A stretch of DNA of 64,000 bases from a virus (IMGVR_UViG_3300035701_007101); one strand, 5' to 3'. Positions 30,177 to 39,643 are shown, counted from the stretch's first letter. Numbers and translations are program-made. The notes: a model not told the origin generated them from the letters alone.

Positions 30177-31049
30177 ATGAAAATTGAATTTTATGGTGTT
30201 CGTGGAAGCTATCCAGTACCAGGTAATGATACTATCAAATATGGTGGCAACACAACGTGTGTTTCAATTTCAAAAGAAGTTAATGGTAAAATAATTAGAC
30301 TTATTTTTGATAGTGGTACTGGCATCATTCGTCTTGGAAAAGACATTATTAAAAATTATTTTGAAGGCAAAGAAACTTTATGTGTTAATTTGTTTTTCAC
30401 GCATTTACATCCTGATCATTGTCAAGGATTTCCATTTTTTGCTGTCAATTTTTTTAAAAATAGTTGTTTAAAGCTTTATGGAATGCAAACTTTGCATAAA
30501 CATATTGGCGATATTTTATCCGAACAAATGTATCCGCCAAATTTTCCTATAGAATATCGAGATTTAAAAAGTGATAGAGAAAGCATTGTTTTAGTTGATG
30601 GTCAAACAATAACAATAAGTGATTTTACTGTTACTTGTATGCAAGCGTTTGCACCGTCACATCCTCAGCAAGGTGCAATGTATTATAAAGTACGTGATAA
30701 TTATGCTAATACAGAAGTTGTTTGTGTTTGGGACAATGAGTCAAAAATTGGTGGTGATCAAGCAGTTATTAGGTTTGCAAAAGATTGCAATGTTATGATT
30801 CATGACACACATTATACTTCTGAAGAATATGTAAGTAATAAAATAATTGTTCAAGGTTTTGGTCATTCAACATACGACATGGCTATGAATAATGCTATTC
30901 AAGCGCATATAAAGCAAAAGTTGATTTGTTTACATTTTAATCCGTTACATGATGATTATAAATTAGATTTAATTCAGAAACAAATAAATGATAATTGTAG
31001 ACCTTTTGAGACAGTTTTGGCCAAAGAAGGATTGATTTTAATAATATAA
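30177..31049 (+). CDS. Metallo-beta-lactamase-fold hydrolase (RNase Z/BN-like candidate)
   Basis: 'FFTHLHPDHCQGFPFF' (HxHxDH), N-terminal 'IRLIFDSGTGI', C-terminal 'GFGHS'. The tRNA 3'-processing role is inferred because the phage tRNAs lack encoded CCA. Confidence 0.55.
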   Translation: MKIEFYGVRGSYPVPGNDTIKYGGNTTCVSISKEVNGKIIRLIFDSGTGIIRLGKDIIKNYFEGKETLCVNLFFTHLHPDHCQGFPFFAVNFFKNSCLKLYGMQTLHKHIGDILSEQMYPPNFPIEYRDLKSDRESIVLVDGQTITISDFTVTCMQAFAPSHPQQGAMYYKVRDNYANTEVVCVWDNESKIGGDQAVIRFAKDCNVMIHDTHYTSEEYVSNKIIVQGFGHSTYDMAMNNAIQAHIKQKLICLHFNPLHDDYKLDLIQKQINDNCRPFETVLAKEGLILII

Positions 31050-31058
31050 GAGGAATGT

Positions 31059-31265
31059 ATGTTTTTAATATTATTGGAAATTACTGTAGCGTGTATAGTG
31101 TTAATATTTTTTGTTACGCAATTAATTATACCTCTTTTTAGAGGAACTGTTTTCTTTCCTATGTTTAGAGAAGAGAGTGATTTAGAAACTAAATTACGAA
31201 AAACAAAGCAAAAGAAATTAGAGAAAAACTTGCAAGATGAAATTAAAAAAAATGAAAGCATATAA
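31059..31265 (+). CDS. Small single-pass membrane protein
   Basis: Hydrophobic N-terminus 'FLILLEITVACIVLIFFVTQLIIPLF', charged C-terminus. Stop overlaps the start of the SPFH gene. Confidence 0.35.
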   Translation: MFLILLEITVACIVLIFFVTQLIIPLFRGTVFFPMFREESDLETKLRKTKQKKLEKNLQDEIKKNESI

Positions 31266-32464
31266 TGTCAAAAAAACTATTAACAAATTTAAAGGAGAAG
31301 AGTATGTCACCGAAAACGATGGGTTTAACTGCTTTAGTTTCTATTGCATGTTTATTTTTTCTAATTTCATGTTTTAAATTGTTTGAAAATAATAATGCAA
31401 ATCAAATTATGTGTGTTCAAAGTCCTATACTTGGTAAATTAACATGGTACATTACTGCCGGCACTAAATGGCAAGGATTTGGAAAAATTACAAAATATGA
31501 TAAACGTTCTATTTATAATTTTTCATTACCAGTTAGATTTAATGATGCAGGACACGCCACTATGACTGGATCAGTTCAATTTGATATGTCATTATCTAAA
31601 GAACATCTTGATAAAGTACAATCTAAGTTTGGTACTGAAGAAGCTATAAAAACTCAATTGTTACAAACTGTAGTTAATAAGTGTTTGTATATGACTGGCC
31701 CAATGATGAGTAGTAAAGAATCGTATGCTGAAAAGAGAAGCTATCTAATTAATTATGTAGAAGATCAAATATCGAATGGCATTTTTAGGACTGCTATAAA
31801 AGATACTACAATTAAAGACCCTATTACAGGAGTAGATAAGATGGCTTCTTTAGTTGAAATTGTCACTGTAAACAAAATTCCTCAGCGTCAGGAAGAAGCT
31901 GTATTAAAAGAATTTGGAATTAGAGCATTTAACTTTTCTATTGAGAAATTAGATTATGACGAAACTGTTGAGAAACAAATACAGCAACAACAACAAATGA
32001 CAATGGCAGTACAGACGTCAATAGCTGATGCAAAGAGAGCAGAGCAAGCAGCTATTACTGCAGAAGCTAATGGAAAAGCAAATGCTGCTACTGCAAAATG
32101 GGAACAAGAAACTAATAAAGCTCGTGCTGTTACTATAGCTGAAAAAGATAGAGATAGTTGTAAATTAGTTATGGAAGCTGCAGCATTTAGGAAGCAAGCA
32201 AGTATATTGGAAGGCGAAGGAGAAGCTACTAAACGTCGATTGATATTACAGGCAGACGGTGCTTTATCCATTAAGCTCGACAAGTGGATTGAATCTCAAA
32301 AAGTATGGGCTGTAGCATTTGCAGCATATAAAGGTCAGATTGTTCCCACTACTGTCATGGGTGGAAATTTTAATGGTCAAAACGGTGCAACTACTTTTAT
32401 GGATATAATGGCTGCAAAAGCTGCTAAAGATTTATCTTTAGACATGAGTGTGCCAAATAAATAA
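31265..32464 (+). CDS. SPFH/band-7 (flotillin/HflC-like) membrane protein
   Basis: N-terminal TM segment, then Ala/Glu/Gln/Lys-rich coiled region 'AKRAEQAAITAEANGKANAATAKWEQETNKARAVTIAEKDRD...EGEGEATKRRLILQA' typical of the SPFH C-terminal region. Confidence 0.6.
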   Translation: MSKKLLTNLKEKSMSPKTMGLTALVSIACLFFLISCFKLFENNNANQIMCVQSPILGKLTWYITAGTKWQGFGKITKYDKRSIYNFSLPVRFNDAGHATMTGSVQFDMSLSKEHLDKVQSKFGTEEAIKTQLLQTVVNKCLYMTGPMMSSKESYAEKRSYLINYVEDQISNGIFRTAIKDTTIKDPITGVDKMASLVEIVTVNKIPQRQEEAVLKEFGIRAFNFSIEKLDYDETVEKQIQQQQQMTMAVQTSIADAKRAEQAAITAEANGKANAATAKWEQETNKARAVTIAEKDRDSCKLVMEAAAFRKQASILEGEGEATKRRLILQADGALSIKLDKWIESQKVWAVAFAAYKGQIVPTTVMGGNFNGQNGATTFMDIMAAKAAKDLSLDMSVPNK

Positions 32465-32538
32465 TTAATATTTGATAATGATAATGATAATTATGTTGTC
32501 TAAAACTAATTTTTCACAATTTTCAAAGGATTAAAACA

Positions 32539-32820
32539 ATGATGTCGATTTTTATTGGTAATCTTCCATTCTCATCAACTGAAGAATCTATTAAAAATCT
32601 CTTATCTACTTATAGCAATGTTATATCTATCAAAATAATTATTGATCGAGAAACAGGCAAATCGAAAGGTTTTGCTTTTGCTGAGGTTGATGATGGCGAT
32701 AAAGTGATTGCTAATCTTAATGGAACTGATTTTAATGGTCGAAAATTAGTAGTCAATCAAGCAAGACCAAAAGAAGATAAACCAAGAAATGACAATCGAA
32801 AACCGAATTATGTCAGGTGA
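32539..32820 (+). CDS. RRM-type RNA-binding protein
   Basis: RNP-2 'IFIGNL', RNP-1 'KGFAFAEV', 93 aa like bacterial Rbp proteins. Confidence 0.7.
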   Translation: MMSIFIGNLPFSSTEESIKNLLSTYSNVISIKIIIDRETGKSKGFAFAEVDDGDKVIANLNGTDFNGRKLVVNQARPKEDKPRNDNRKPNYVR

Positions 32821-32839
32821 CGCAAAACAAGTTATATAT
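32810..32839. repeat. 30-bp exact repeat copy A (ATGTCAGGTGACGCAAAACAAGTTATATAT)
   Basis: Identical 30-mer found again at 38673..38702. Here it spans the stop codon of the RRM gene. Confidence 0.7.
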
Positions 32840-33136
32840 TGAAAAGTAATAATTATTTTATAATTTCTAAAATAATACACGGTAGTGATTATCGGAAGTG
32901 CTCTTGGAGTTGTCTAGTTGTAAATAGAAACGTTGAAGAGAGAAGTTACTTTTGTAACGATCAATAGTAGAAATCGCTAGGACAATGAAGTTACATTAGA
33001 CACAAATGTAGCTTCATTATGTCATTATCATAGAATCACATCTGCTAAGCTATGATATGACGTAGATATTTCAAACATTCACAAATCATTGAAATTATTT
33101 CAATTGTTAAGGAGTTACATGTCAACGTAAAATATA

Positions 33137-34105
33137 TTGACTAAACTATTCATAAACTCATTTAAAAGGAGATTTATGGATAAAAGAAATTTCGTTGATT
33201 ACTCATTCGTTGACCCTATTCTTCTACAAAATCCTGAGATAACTTGGGCTGAATTTAATAAAATGTATTCAGTTAAAATGTCAGATGCTACATTTTACAA
33301 TAGGAAAAAATTTCTACTTAAAACGCTTGCAAATGAAGCTAATCCTTTAATTGATCAATCGCAAGACTTACTTACTCACTTTCACTTTCGACCTAATACT
33401 AAAACGTATGAATTAGTTAAAATGTTAATTGAGAAGCCTGAAGGCATTGATATTACTGCTGCTTCCGGTGCATTAAAGTTGAGTCAAAAGAACATTTGCG
33501 ACATTATTAGTCGTCTCAAGAATCGTAAACAAATGTCGATTGGTCATTCTGGCAATCTTATTTATATTAACAACACTAAATCAAAGCAACTAACAGTTGT
33601 CGAAAAGACTACGCAAGATCAATTATTGCCTAGCTCATTAGTGCCGGTTGAAAAGTTGCCGAGGCAGGGATCGTTAATGTATAAGATACTTGAATTATTA
33701 ATAGTTCATAAAGAGACGGGTATAAGTATTGATGAATTAAAGGGTCAATTAAAGGTCAAACGTACATCTATTTATTATCTTATTCATCACTTGAAGAAGA
33801 AAGGTATAAATATAAATTCAACACACGGTATTTATAAAATCAAAGTATCAAAAGCAATGGTGAAATCTCAGCAATTTGTTACAAAATCTGATGCATTGCA
33901 ATTTGTTACGAAATCTGATGCATTACCTTCACAAAACAAAATATTGTTGGAGCTTTCTAATTTAACAGATTCTGATTTGGGCGATGCACTTCAACACATA
34001 AAGTTGGCACGTTTTCATAGTGCTGTTTATCAAGCAATCATTGAATCAAACGCAATTGTAGTACGTTTAGAAAAAGAAATACAATCTGGACGTCAACTTA
34101 TATAA
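33137..34105 (+). CDS. Hypothetical protein with internal 27-bp tandem duplication (FVTKSDALQ x2)
   Basis: ORF. Direct repeat 'caatttgttacRaaatctgatgcattR' at 33872..33925. Confidence 0.45.
   Translation: MTKLFINSFKRRFMDKRNFVDYSFVDPILLQNPEITWAEFNKMYSVKMSDATFYNRKKFLLKTLANEANPLIDQSQDLLTHFHFRPNTKTYELVKMLIEKPEGIDITAASGALKLSQKNICDIISRLKNRKQMSIGHSGNLIYINNTKSKQLTVVEKTTQDQLLPSSLVPVEKLPRQGSLMYKILELLIVHKETGISIDELKGQLKVKRTSIYYLIHHLKKKGININSTHGIYKIKVSKAMVKSQQFVTKSDALQFVTKSDALPSQNKILLELSNLTDSDLGDALQHIKLARFHSAVYQAIIESNAIVVRLEKEIQSGRQLI
33872..33925. repeat. 27-bp tandem duplication inside ORF 33137..34105
   Basis: caatttgttacaaaatctgatgcattg / caatttgttacgaaatctgatgcatta. Confidence 0.6.
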
Positions 34106-34126
34106 AACCGTTGAAAGGAGCAGTTA

Positions 34127-34546
34127 ATGCAATCAATACAGTTGTTAACAGAAAATCAAAAACAAATTCAAGGTCTTTTGAAAGATCGCACGTATCTTCA
34201 TGCAAAAGAAATCGCTGAAGTTGTTGAAGTTCCTATAACAAGAGTATATTCGGCTATTAAGCAAATGAGGATAAGTGGCATTGGCGTGATGACTATCAAT
34301 AAAGGGTATGTGTTGTCGAACAAAGCTACAAAAAGAGACGACATTAATTTCACGCGACGGTTATATGGACGAAGAGCAAGCGATTTATTGGCTGTTATGG
34401 TCTGCAAAGATGATATTCAAAAGCGGTGGAACACTCCTCGCGATAGAGCAATGTTTCAGAAAATTACATCGCCATTACTTGTAAATTTGAGTAATTCAAA
34501 AGGTATGCAAGTTTTGTTGACTATTGAAAAGGAATTAAAAGACTAA
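34127..34546 (+). CDS. Hypothetical protein (possible HTH)
   Basis: 'LHAKEIAEVVEVPITRVYSAIKQMR' is HTH-like. RBS GGAG. Confidence 0.4.
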   Translation: MQSIQLLTENQKQIQGLLKDRTYLHAKEIAEVVEVPITRVYSAIKQMRISGIGVMTINKGYVLSNKATKRDDINFTRRLYGRRASDLLAVMVCKDDIQKRWNTPRDRAMFQKITSPLLVNLSNSKGMQVLLTIEKELKD

Positions 34547-35170
34547 ATGCCAAAAGTAAAAGTAAATGGCGAGATTTTTCTTGCTGCATGGCCAAAAGAA
34601 AGCGACAAAATAATTATAGCTGTTGCTAAAGCATATAAACGTGGTAAACTAATACAATGGCAATTAGCTGAATCTGAAGGTGCTCTCAATGGTGTTTTAA
34701 ATGTACCAATTAAAAAAATAAGATGTAGATACAATTTTTTGAGAGATAAAATAAAAATTTATGCTAAAAGAAGACTTCAAAAGCAAATCACTCGTGTAAG
34801 TAGTTATCACAATTTTAAAAGAAGATTAACTCTTCAATATGCTGCTGGTTACAATTCAAAAAGGACAAAATGGTTATTAAAAGATGAAATTTTACTATTA
34901 TGTCTTGCTAAAAAATATACAATAAATAACAGAATTAAATGGAAGCTTCTGGTTAATGATAAAAAAGTAAAAAAATTACCAACAAATAATATTAAATCAT
35001 TGTCACATACTTACAATAGATTTATTAATCTAGACGTTCATAGAAAGTCTGCTTTGAAATGGAAAAAGAAAAATCGACAAAGATTTAATGAGACTGTTCA
35101 AAAAAGATTAAAAAATAAAAGACAGCTTATACGACAATTTCTTTGGAATAAAATAGGAATAAGATCATAG
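34547..35170 (+). CDS. Highly basic (K/R-rich) hypothetical protein
   Basis: 207-aa ORF starting at the previous stop (TAAATG). Confidence 0.4.
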   Translation: MPKVKVNGEIFLAAWPKESDKIIIAVAKAYKRGKLIQWQLAESEGALNGVLNVPIKKIRCRYNFLRDKIKIYAKRRLQKQITRVSSYHNFKRRLTLQYAAGYNSKRTKWLLKDEILLLCLAKKYTINNRIKWKLLVNDKKVKKLPTNNIKSLSHTYNRFINLDVHRKSALKWKKKNRQRFNETVQKRLKNKRQLIRQFLWNKIGIRS

Positions 35171-35587
35171 TTTAAGAGTGATAGCAATTTATATAACTTT
35201 TGGATGATTTTATAGTAACCAATAGAAATTGCGTCGTAATCAAAACGTAATAATAGGAGTAAGATTTGTAAAATAAAGACTTTATTGCACAGATTAACTA
35301 AAAAGAAGTTAAAAAATGCAAAAAAAAACATCACAAAAACTTAACGTACAAAAACTTAAAGTAAAACTAATTAGTAACGAACTTGGGTGGTTTGTGTCGA
35401 TTGAACAATCTAAGTCTTTTTCATATTATTGGTACTCTTTTTTAATATGGTTAATGAGAACATTTATGAGATATGAAATTAAAATTGCCAAAATATGTAG
35501 AAACATTCATAACTTTCTTTACTGTGATCATAATGATATACGATAAATTAGTACTACAATTGTAGGTCGTTTTGAATAAGGAAAAAT

Positions 35588-35857
35588 ATGATATGTTTAC
35601 GTTGTGGTTATTGCTGCAAAAAATATTTTGTAGCAATAGTTAATGATCCAAGCAAAGGTATAACAGATAAAAATATAATTATACAAACTGGCGATAATCG
35701 ATGTAAACATTTAGTAGGTACTGAAGTAGGTAAATATAGTTGCGCCATACATGACTATACTTGGTATAAAGAAACACCGTGTTATCAATTTGATCAAGTA
35801 GGTAAAATAGATGCTCCATGTAGAATAGGTGTTTATCAATTAAGTAAGGTTAACTAA
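35588..35857 (+). CDS. Small Cys-rich protein (YkgJ/CxxCxxCC-like zinc/iron-chelating domain)
   Basis: 'CLRCGYCCKKYF' plus additional Cys (CKHL, CAIH, CYQ). Confidence 0.35.
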   Translation: MICLRCGYCCKKYFVAIVNDPSKGITDKNIIIQTGDNRCKHLVGTEVGKYSCAIHDYTWYKETPCYQFDQVGKIDAPCRIGVYQLSKVN

Positions 35858-36170
35858 AAATTTTGTGATTATCTTGCAAAAGGATAGTAATAGTTAGTCT
35901 ATGGTTACTCGATTAATGCATTATTACAGATGGTCTGATCGTGCCGGTAATGGCAATTAATTGCTACTCGTAACTCGGCGATTAAACACCATACTATTAC
36001 AAATTCGATAAGTGCGGGTGCACACGTGCGTGTATTAATTGGTAACCTGGACTTTTTAAAAACTTTTGGGGTATAGATCAACAGTTATGACTATGAAATA
36101 TATAGTTAATAATAATATAAATTATAGCAGTCGCATTTTATTTATACCATAGCTTTAAAAAGGAAAGAGT

Positions 36171-37148
36171 ATGAAAGCAAATTTAGCAAAACAAGATAAA
36201 AAGCGCTTTGTAATTATGTTAATTTGTCTCATTTTATTTTCATTGTGCTTTGCGCAAAAAGATTCAACAAGTGATAGTTCACACGTGCTATTACCAAAGT
36301 CAATCGGTCCAACAACTCTATTTCAAAAATCATCAAGATTTAGAATGCAAGAATATAATTATTTCCTTTTTGGTTTAAGTAAAAAAAGTCCTATAATGGA
36401 ATACAAAAATCAAGTTAAAATTTTATTTAGCATGAAATTTAATTTTTTTACTTTTACTTATGATTCATTATTAGTACTTGTTAAATTCAAAAAGATAACT
36501 AAAAATTTTAATTTATATAGAAGTTTAAACGTTGATATCGGCTATAGACAAAAAAGCTTCTGGAATATTTATGATGATTCTACTTCTCGTCCAATGTATG
36601 ACAATAATTACTCACCCTCTTTCTATCTTTCATGGATAACTTACATCAAAAAAATATCATTACCAATTTCAATATTAGCAGGCTATGTTCACGAATCAAA
36701 CGGTGGAGCTACTTTTTTAAACCCATATTGTCCGGCAATATCAAGAAGTTGGGATAGAATTTATTTAGGCGCAAGCGCAGGAAATTTACAAACAAATCTT
36801 GTAACATTTCAATTAGATATGTGGGTACCTTTTGGTCTTGAAGAAAATACTGATATATATAAACATTATGGAATTGGTGAAATAACTTTGTACTATCAGC
36901 CATTTTTCAAATATCAACATTCATTATCAAATTTTGGTCTATCATTTACGTGGAAAATAGCTAGTGAAAATTTCAACAATGCTGAACTTAGCTTATTTTT
37001 CAGTCCCTTTCAATTTGCTAAAAACAAAATTCTACGATTATTCACGCCCACATTTTATTCTCAACTATATTTAGGAAGCGGTGAGAATTTAATTGATTAT
37101 CAAACTAGACATATTTCTTTTAGAATCGGTTTAGCTACGTTATTTTAA
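36171..37148 (+). CDS. pldA: Outer-membrane phospholipase A (OMPLA, PldA family)
   Basis: Signal peptide 'KRFVIMLICLILFSLCFA'. Catalytic block 'GYVHESNGGATFLNPYCPAISRSWDRIY' vs E. coli 'GYNHDSNGRSDPTSRSWNRLY'. C-terminal 'YSQLYLGSGENLIDYQTRHISFRIGLATLF' vs E. coli '[32 protein letters not shown]'. Terminal Phe of an OM beta-barrel. Confidence 0.8.
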   Translation: MKANLAKQDKKRFVIMLICLILFSLCFAQKDSTSDSSHVLLPKSIGPTTLFQKSSRFRMQEYNYFLFGLSKKSPIMEYKNQVKILFSMKFNFFTFTYDSLLVLVKFKKITKNFNLYRSLNVDIGYRQKSFWNIYDDSTSRPMYDNNYSPSFYLSWITYIKKISLPISILAGYVHESNGGATFLNPYCPAISRSWDRIYLGASAGNLQTNLVTFQLDMWVPFGLEENTDIYKHYGIGEITLYYQPFFKYQHSLSNFGLSFTWKIASENFNNAELSLFFSPFQFAKNKILRLFTPTFYSQLYLGSGENLIDYQTRHISFRIGLATLF

Positions 37149-37304
37149 GGTCATAGAATGAATGTAAAATGCATTTCAACGATAGTAAAAATACTCTATA
37201 ATGGCAAATTGTTTGACCATAATCAAGTACTTAATTACAAAAACAGATTTTGACTTGTCTATGTGAATTTAGTTGACTATAATAATAGTTCGATAGGTAG
37301 TTGT

Positions 37305-37470
37305 AAGAAATAAAGGGTTACTTTTATGATTAGTATGCAGCGTTCATTAGGTGTGCGACAGTTTTCCTTCGAGGGAAACCCATGGTACGCGAACTCGAAG
37401 ATACCGCGTATGGTGTCTTATTCGTTGCTGAAAATTATGAAGTAACCCTTTTTACAATAACGTCAAAATT
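37305..37470 (+). ncRNA. Structured intergenic element (candidate ncRNA / leader) upstream of the NadD-like gene
   Basis: 12-bp closing stem AAAGGGTTACTT ... AAGTAACCCTTT enclosing about 115 nt with nested complementarity (TTCGAG/CTCGAA, TACGCG/CGCGTA). GC content above the local background. Confidence 0.3.
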
Positions 37471-37496
37471 ATTTTAAGATCATAGAACTAGATTAA

Positions 37497-38429
37497 ATGA
37501 AAATTTCAAATATTCATTCATTAATGACAAGAATACAAACTGTATTTATTGATAATTTTGGTTTTACACCATTACGTCAAAGAAATCAAGACATACTCAC
37601 AGAAGCTATTGAGATATCAAGGTTTTCATCGACTGCTAATCTCAAAGAAGAACATGGTGATTTATTGTGCAGCCTTTTAATGAGTTTCAAAGAAAACGGT
37701 TGGGACCCTGTTGAATGTGTTGAAGCAACATTAAATAAAATTGAAAGAAGAAAAAGTCAATATCAAGCATACGGTCGAAAATTGTCAATAGCTATTTTAG
37801 GTGGTGCGTTTGACCCAATTACTGTGGGCCATATTGCAGTCGCTGAATTTCTATTAAATGCTAGCTCACAATTCGACGAAGTCTGGATAACACCCTGTCG
37901 TAAGCATTTATTTAATAAAAAATTAGCAGATGCTGAGTATAGATTAGAATTATGCAGATTAGCAACAAAGCATGATAGACGTATAAAAGTTTGGGATTAT
38001 GAAATTAAACATAAACTTGGCGGTGAAACTTACAATCTTGTTAAACGATTATTAGCAGATAAAGAATATTATGATAAATATAGTTTTTCAATTGTAATAG
38101 GCATGGATAATGCAAACACTTTCAATCAATGGATGAATTTTGAACATCTTGAACGATTAATACCATTTGTTGTTGTTACTAGAAGTGGTATAGAGATAAA
38201 GCATGAAAGTAATTGGTATTTAAAGTCACCGCATAAGTTTCTTGTGCCAGAGAAACCATTGCCTGAAGTTTCATCAACAATTATTAAAGCTGATTTATGC
38301 ATATATTATAATATTTTTAAATCAGCGGGTGCTAGTTTAGGTAAAGAAAATCCATTAATAAATCGATTGAAAAATAATTTGAATCCTGAAGTTTTTGCGT
38401 CAATTATAAAAAATGAGGCATATAAGTGA
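37497..38429 (+). CDS. Nicotinate/nicotinamide mononucleotide adenylyltransferase-like protein (NadD/NMNAT family) with about 95-aa N-terminal extension
   Basis: 'LSIAILGGAFDPITVGHIAVAE' ((H/T)xGH nucleotidyltransferase motif as in NadD 'GGTFDPIH.GH'). C-terminal 'VSSTIIK' (NadD 'ISST.IR'). Confidence 0.55.
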   Translation: MKISNIHSLMTRIQTVFIDNFGFTPLRQRNQDILTEAIEISRFSSTANLKEEHGDLLCSLLMSFKENGWDPVECVEATLNKIERRKSQYQAYGRKLSIAILGGAFDPITVGHIAVAEFLLNASSQFDEVWITPCRKHLFNKKLADAEYRLELCRLATKHDRRIKVWDYEIKHKLGGETYNLVKRLLADKEYYDKYSFSIVIGMDNANTFNQWMNFEHLERLIPFVVVTRSGIEIKHESNWYLKSPHKFLVPEKPLPEVSSTIIKADLCIYYNIFKSAGASLGKENPLINRLKNNLNPEVFASIIKNEAYK

Positions 38430-38573
38430 AAAATAATGAATTATTTGCAACTATTTTATCATTAGAAAACGAAGTTGAAGATTTGACCAGTGAAAAAATC
38501 AGTACAAGTAAACAAAAAAAATTATTGAAAAGGTTGAAAATTCAAGCAAAAAATCAATTTAGACTAAAAGACA

Positions 38574-38936
38574 ATGCAACATATAATTTGTAAACCTCGT
38601 GTACAAAAGAATTGTTTTGCAGAGCATTTAACTGACGGTATTTTTTTAAATTCACATGGCGAATTACAATATATGTCAGGTGACGCAAAACAAGTTATAT
38701 ATACAAGAACTGTTTTTTTCGAATCAAACACTACTACTGCAAGTTTTATTGAAGCTTTTAATTTAACAAGAACACTTTTTAAAAAATTTTTACAAAATTT
38801 TACAAAATATTCTATTATAATATTCACTGTTTATTGGTTTTTCATTCAAGAAGAAAACAAGATTATAGTTAATATTTTTGTTAAATCAGAAGATGAAGAT
38901 GTTAATGATTTTTTTAGATATTTAAAAATATTGTAG
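38574..38936 (+). CDS. Hypothetical protein; contains copy B of the 30-bp repeat in-frame (MSGDAKQVIY)
   Basis: 120-aa ORF. Repeat at 38673..38702. Confidence 0.3.
   Translation: MQHIICKPRVQKNCFAEHLTDGIFLNSHGELQYMSGDAKQVIYTRTVFFESNTTTASFIEAFNLTRTLFKKFLQNFTKYSIIIFTVYWFFIQEENKIIVNIFVKSEDEDVNDFFRYLKIL
38673..38702. repeat. 30-bp exact repeat copy B
   Basis: Identical to 32810..32839. Confidence 0.7.
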
Positions 38937-39139
38937 TTCATGATTCAGAAAGATATGGTCTTGCTTCTGTTACTAATCAAGATAACGTTGAAATACGAAA
39001 AATGCCGTATGCAAGTCATAGTGTTCAAGTTTTAGTAAGCAAATAAATTACTACACTATATTTTTGAGAATATTGTAATACATTGAGAAAATTGATATAT
39101 ATTATACTTATAAGAAATATTGCTCTTTGGAATATAAAA

Positions 39140-39232
39140 AGAAGTGGTGCTTTAGTGAAGTTTCAGAAAATGTTCTAGGTGAACACCAAAACTGCTAATT
39201 TTGTATGACGGTTCAAATCCGTGTCTAACACT
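39140..39232 (+). pseudogene. tRNA-like fragment / degenerate tRNA (does not fold into a full cloverleaf by hand)
   Basis: Shares the 5' leader 'GAAGTGG(T/C)GCT' and 'TTCAGAAAAT' with the downstream tRNA. Has a T-arm-like 'ACGG-TTCAAAT-CCGT', but no acceptor partner was found for the 3' segment. Confidence 0.25.
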
Positions 39233-39296
39233 TTACTAGAATTTCATCCTTCTTTTAAATTTGAAAAAATGAAGTGGCGCTCAAGAATAGGACTTC

Positions 39297-39369
39297 AGAA
39301 AATTTGCTCAATTGGTAGAGCGAAAGATTTAGGATCTTTACGTTGTTGGTTCAAATCCGACATTTTCAT
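39297..39369 (+). tRNA. tRNA with anticodon UAG (Leu codon CUA/CUG by standard rules) but class-I (short variable arm) structure; A1-A72 mismatch
   Basis: Manual fold. Acceptor AGAAAAT/ATTTTCA (6 bp plus 1-72 mismatch), D-arm GCTC-AATTGGTA-GAGC, anticodon stem AAAGA/TCTTT with loop UU-UAG-GA, variable 5 nt, T-arm GTTGG-TTCAAAT-CCGAC. Confidence 0.5.
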
Positions 39370-39604
39370 CCAAACGTTTTATTCAATTTCGCCCTTCTTT
39401 TAATAAAAATTCTGTTGATACATGAGGTTAAACTCATGGTTTTAAAGGGTGCTGGTGAAAAGTCATGATTCCTCCTCGCCCTTTATTTTAAAGGTATAAA
39501 AATTATGAAAATGACAACGAACTTCACTTTTAATTGTAGCAGTTGCTTTAATAGTAGCAACTCAGTGAGGTTCATTTTCTAATTATTCCATTATAGAACA
39601 ACTA

Positions 39605-39643
39605 GAAAAAAGGGCCTCACCTAAAAAATGAGGCCCTTTTTTT
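39605..39643. terminator. Strong bidirectional terminator hairpin
   Basis: GGGCCTCA-cctaaaaaa-TGAGGCCC flanked by an A run 5' and a T run 3'. Confidence 0.55.

Noticed and set aside
31954-32283. Minus-strand ORF inside the SPFH gene
   Set aside because: Antisense to the Ala/Gln-rich coiled region; its translation is poly-Ala/Cys low complexity.
38564-38827. Minus-strand ORF overlapping 38574..38936
   Set aside because: Almost complete antisense overlap. No RBS. Likely a shadow ORF.
39140-39232. A sixth functional tRNA
   Set aside because: It has a T-arm-like motif, but I could not find a 5' acceptor strand complementary to the 3' segment or a D-arm. It is kept only as a tRNA-like fragment.
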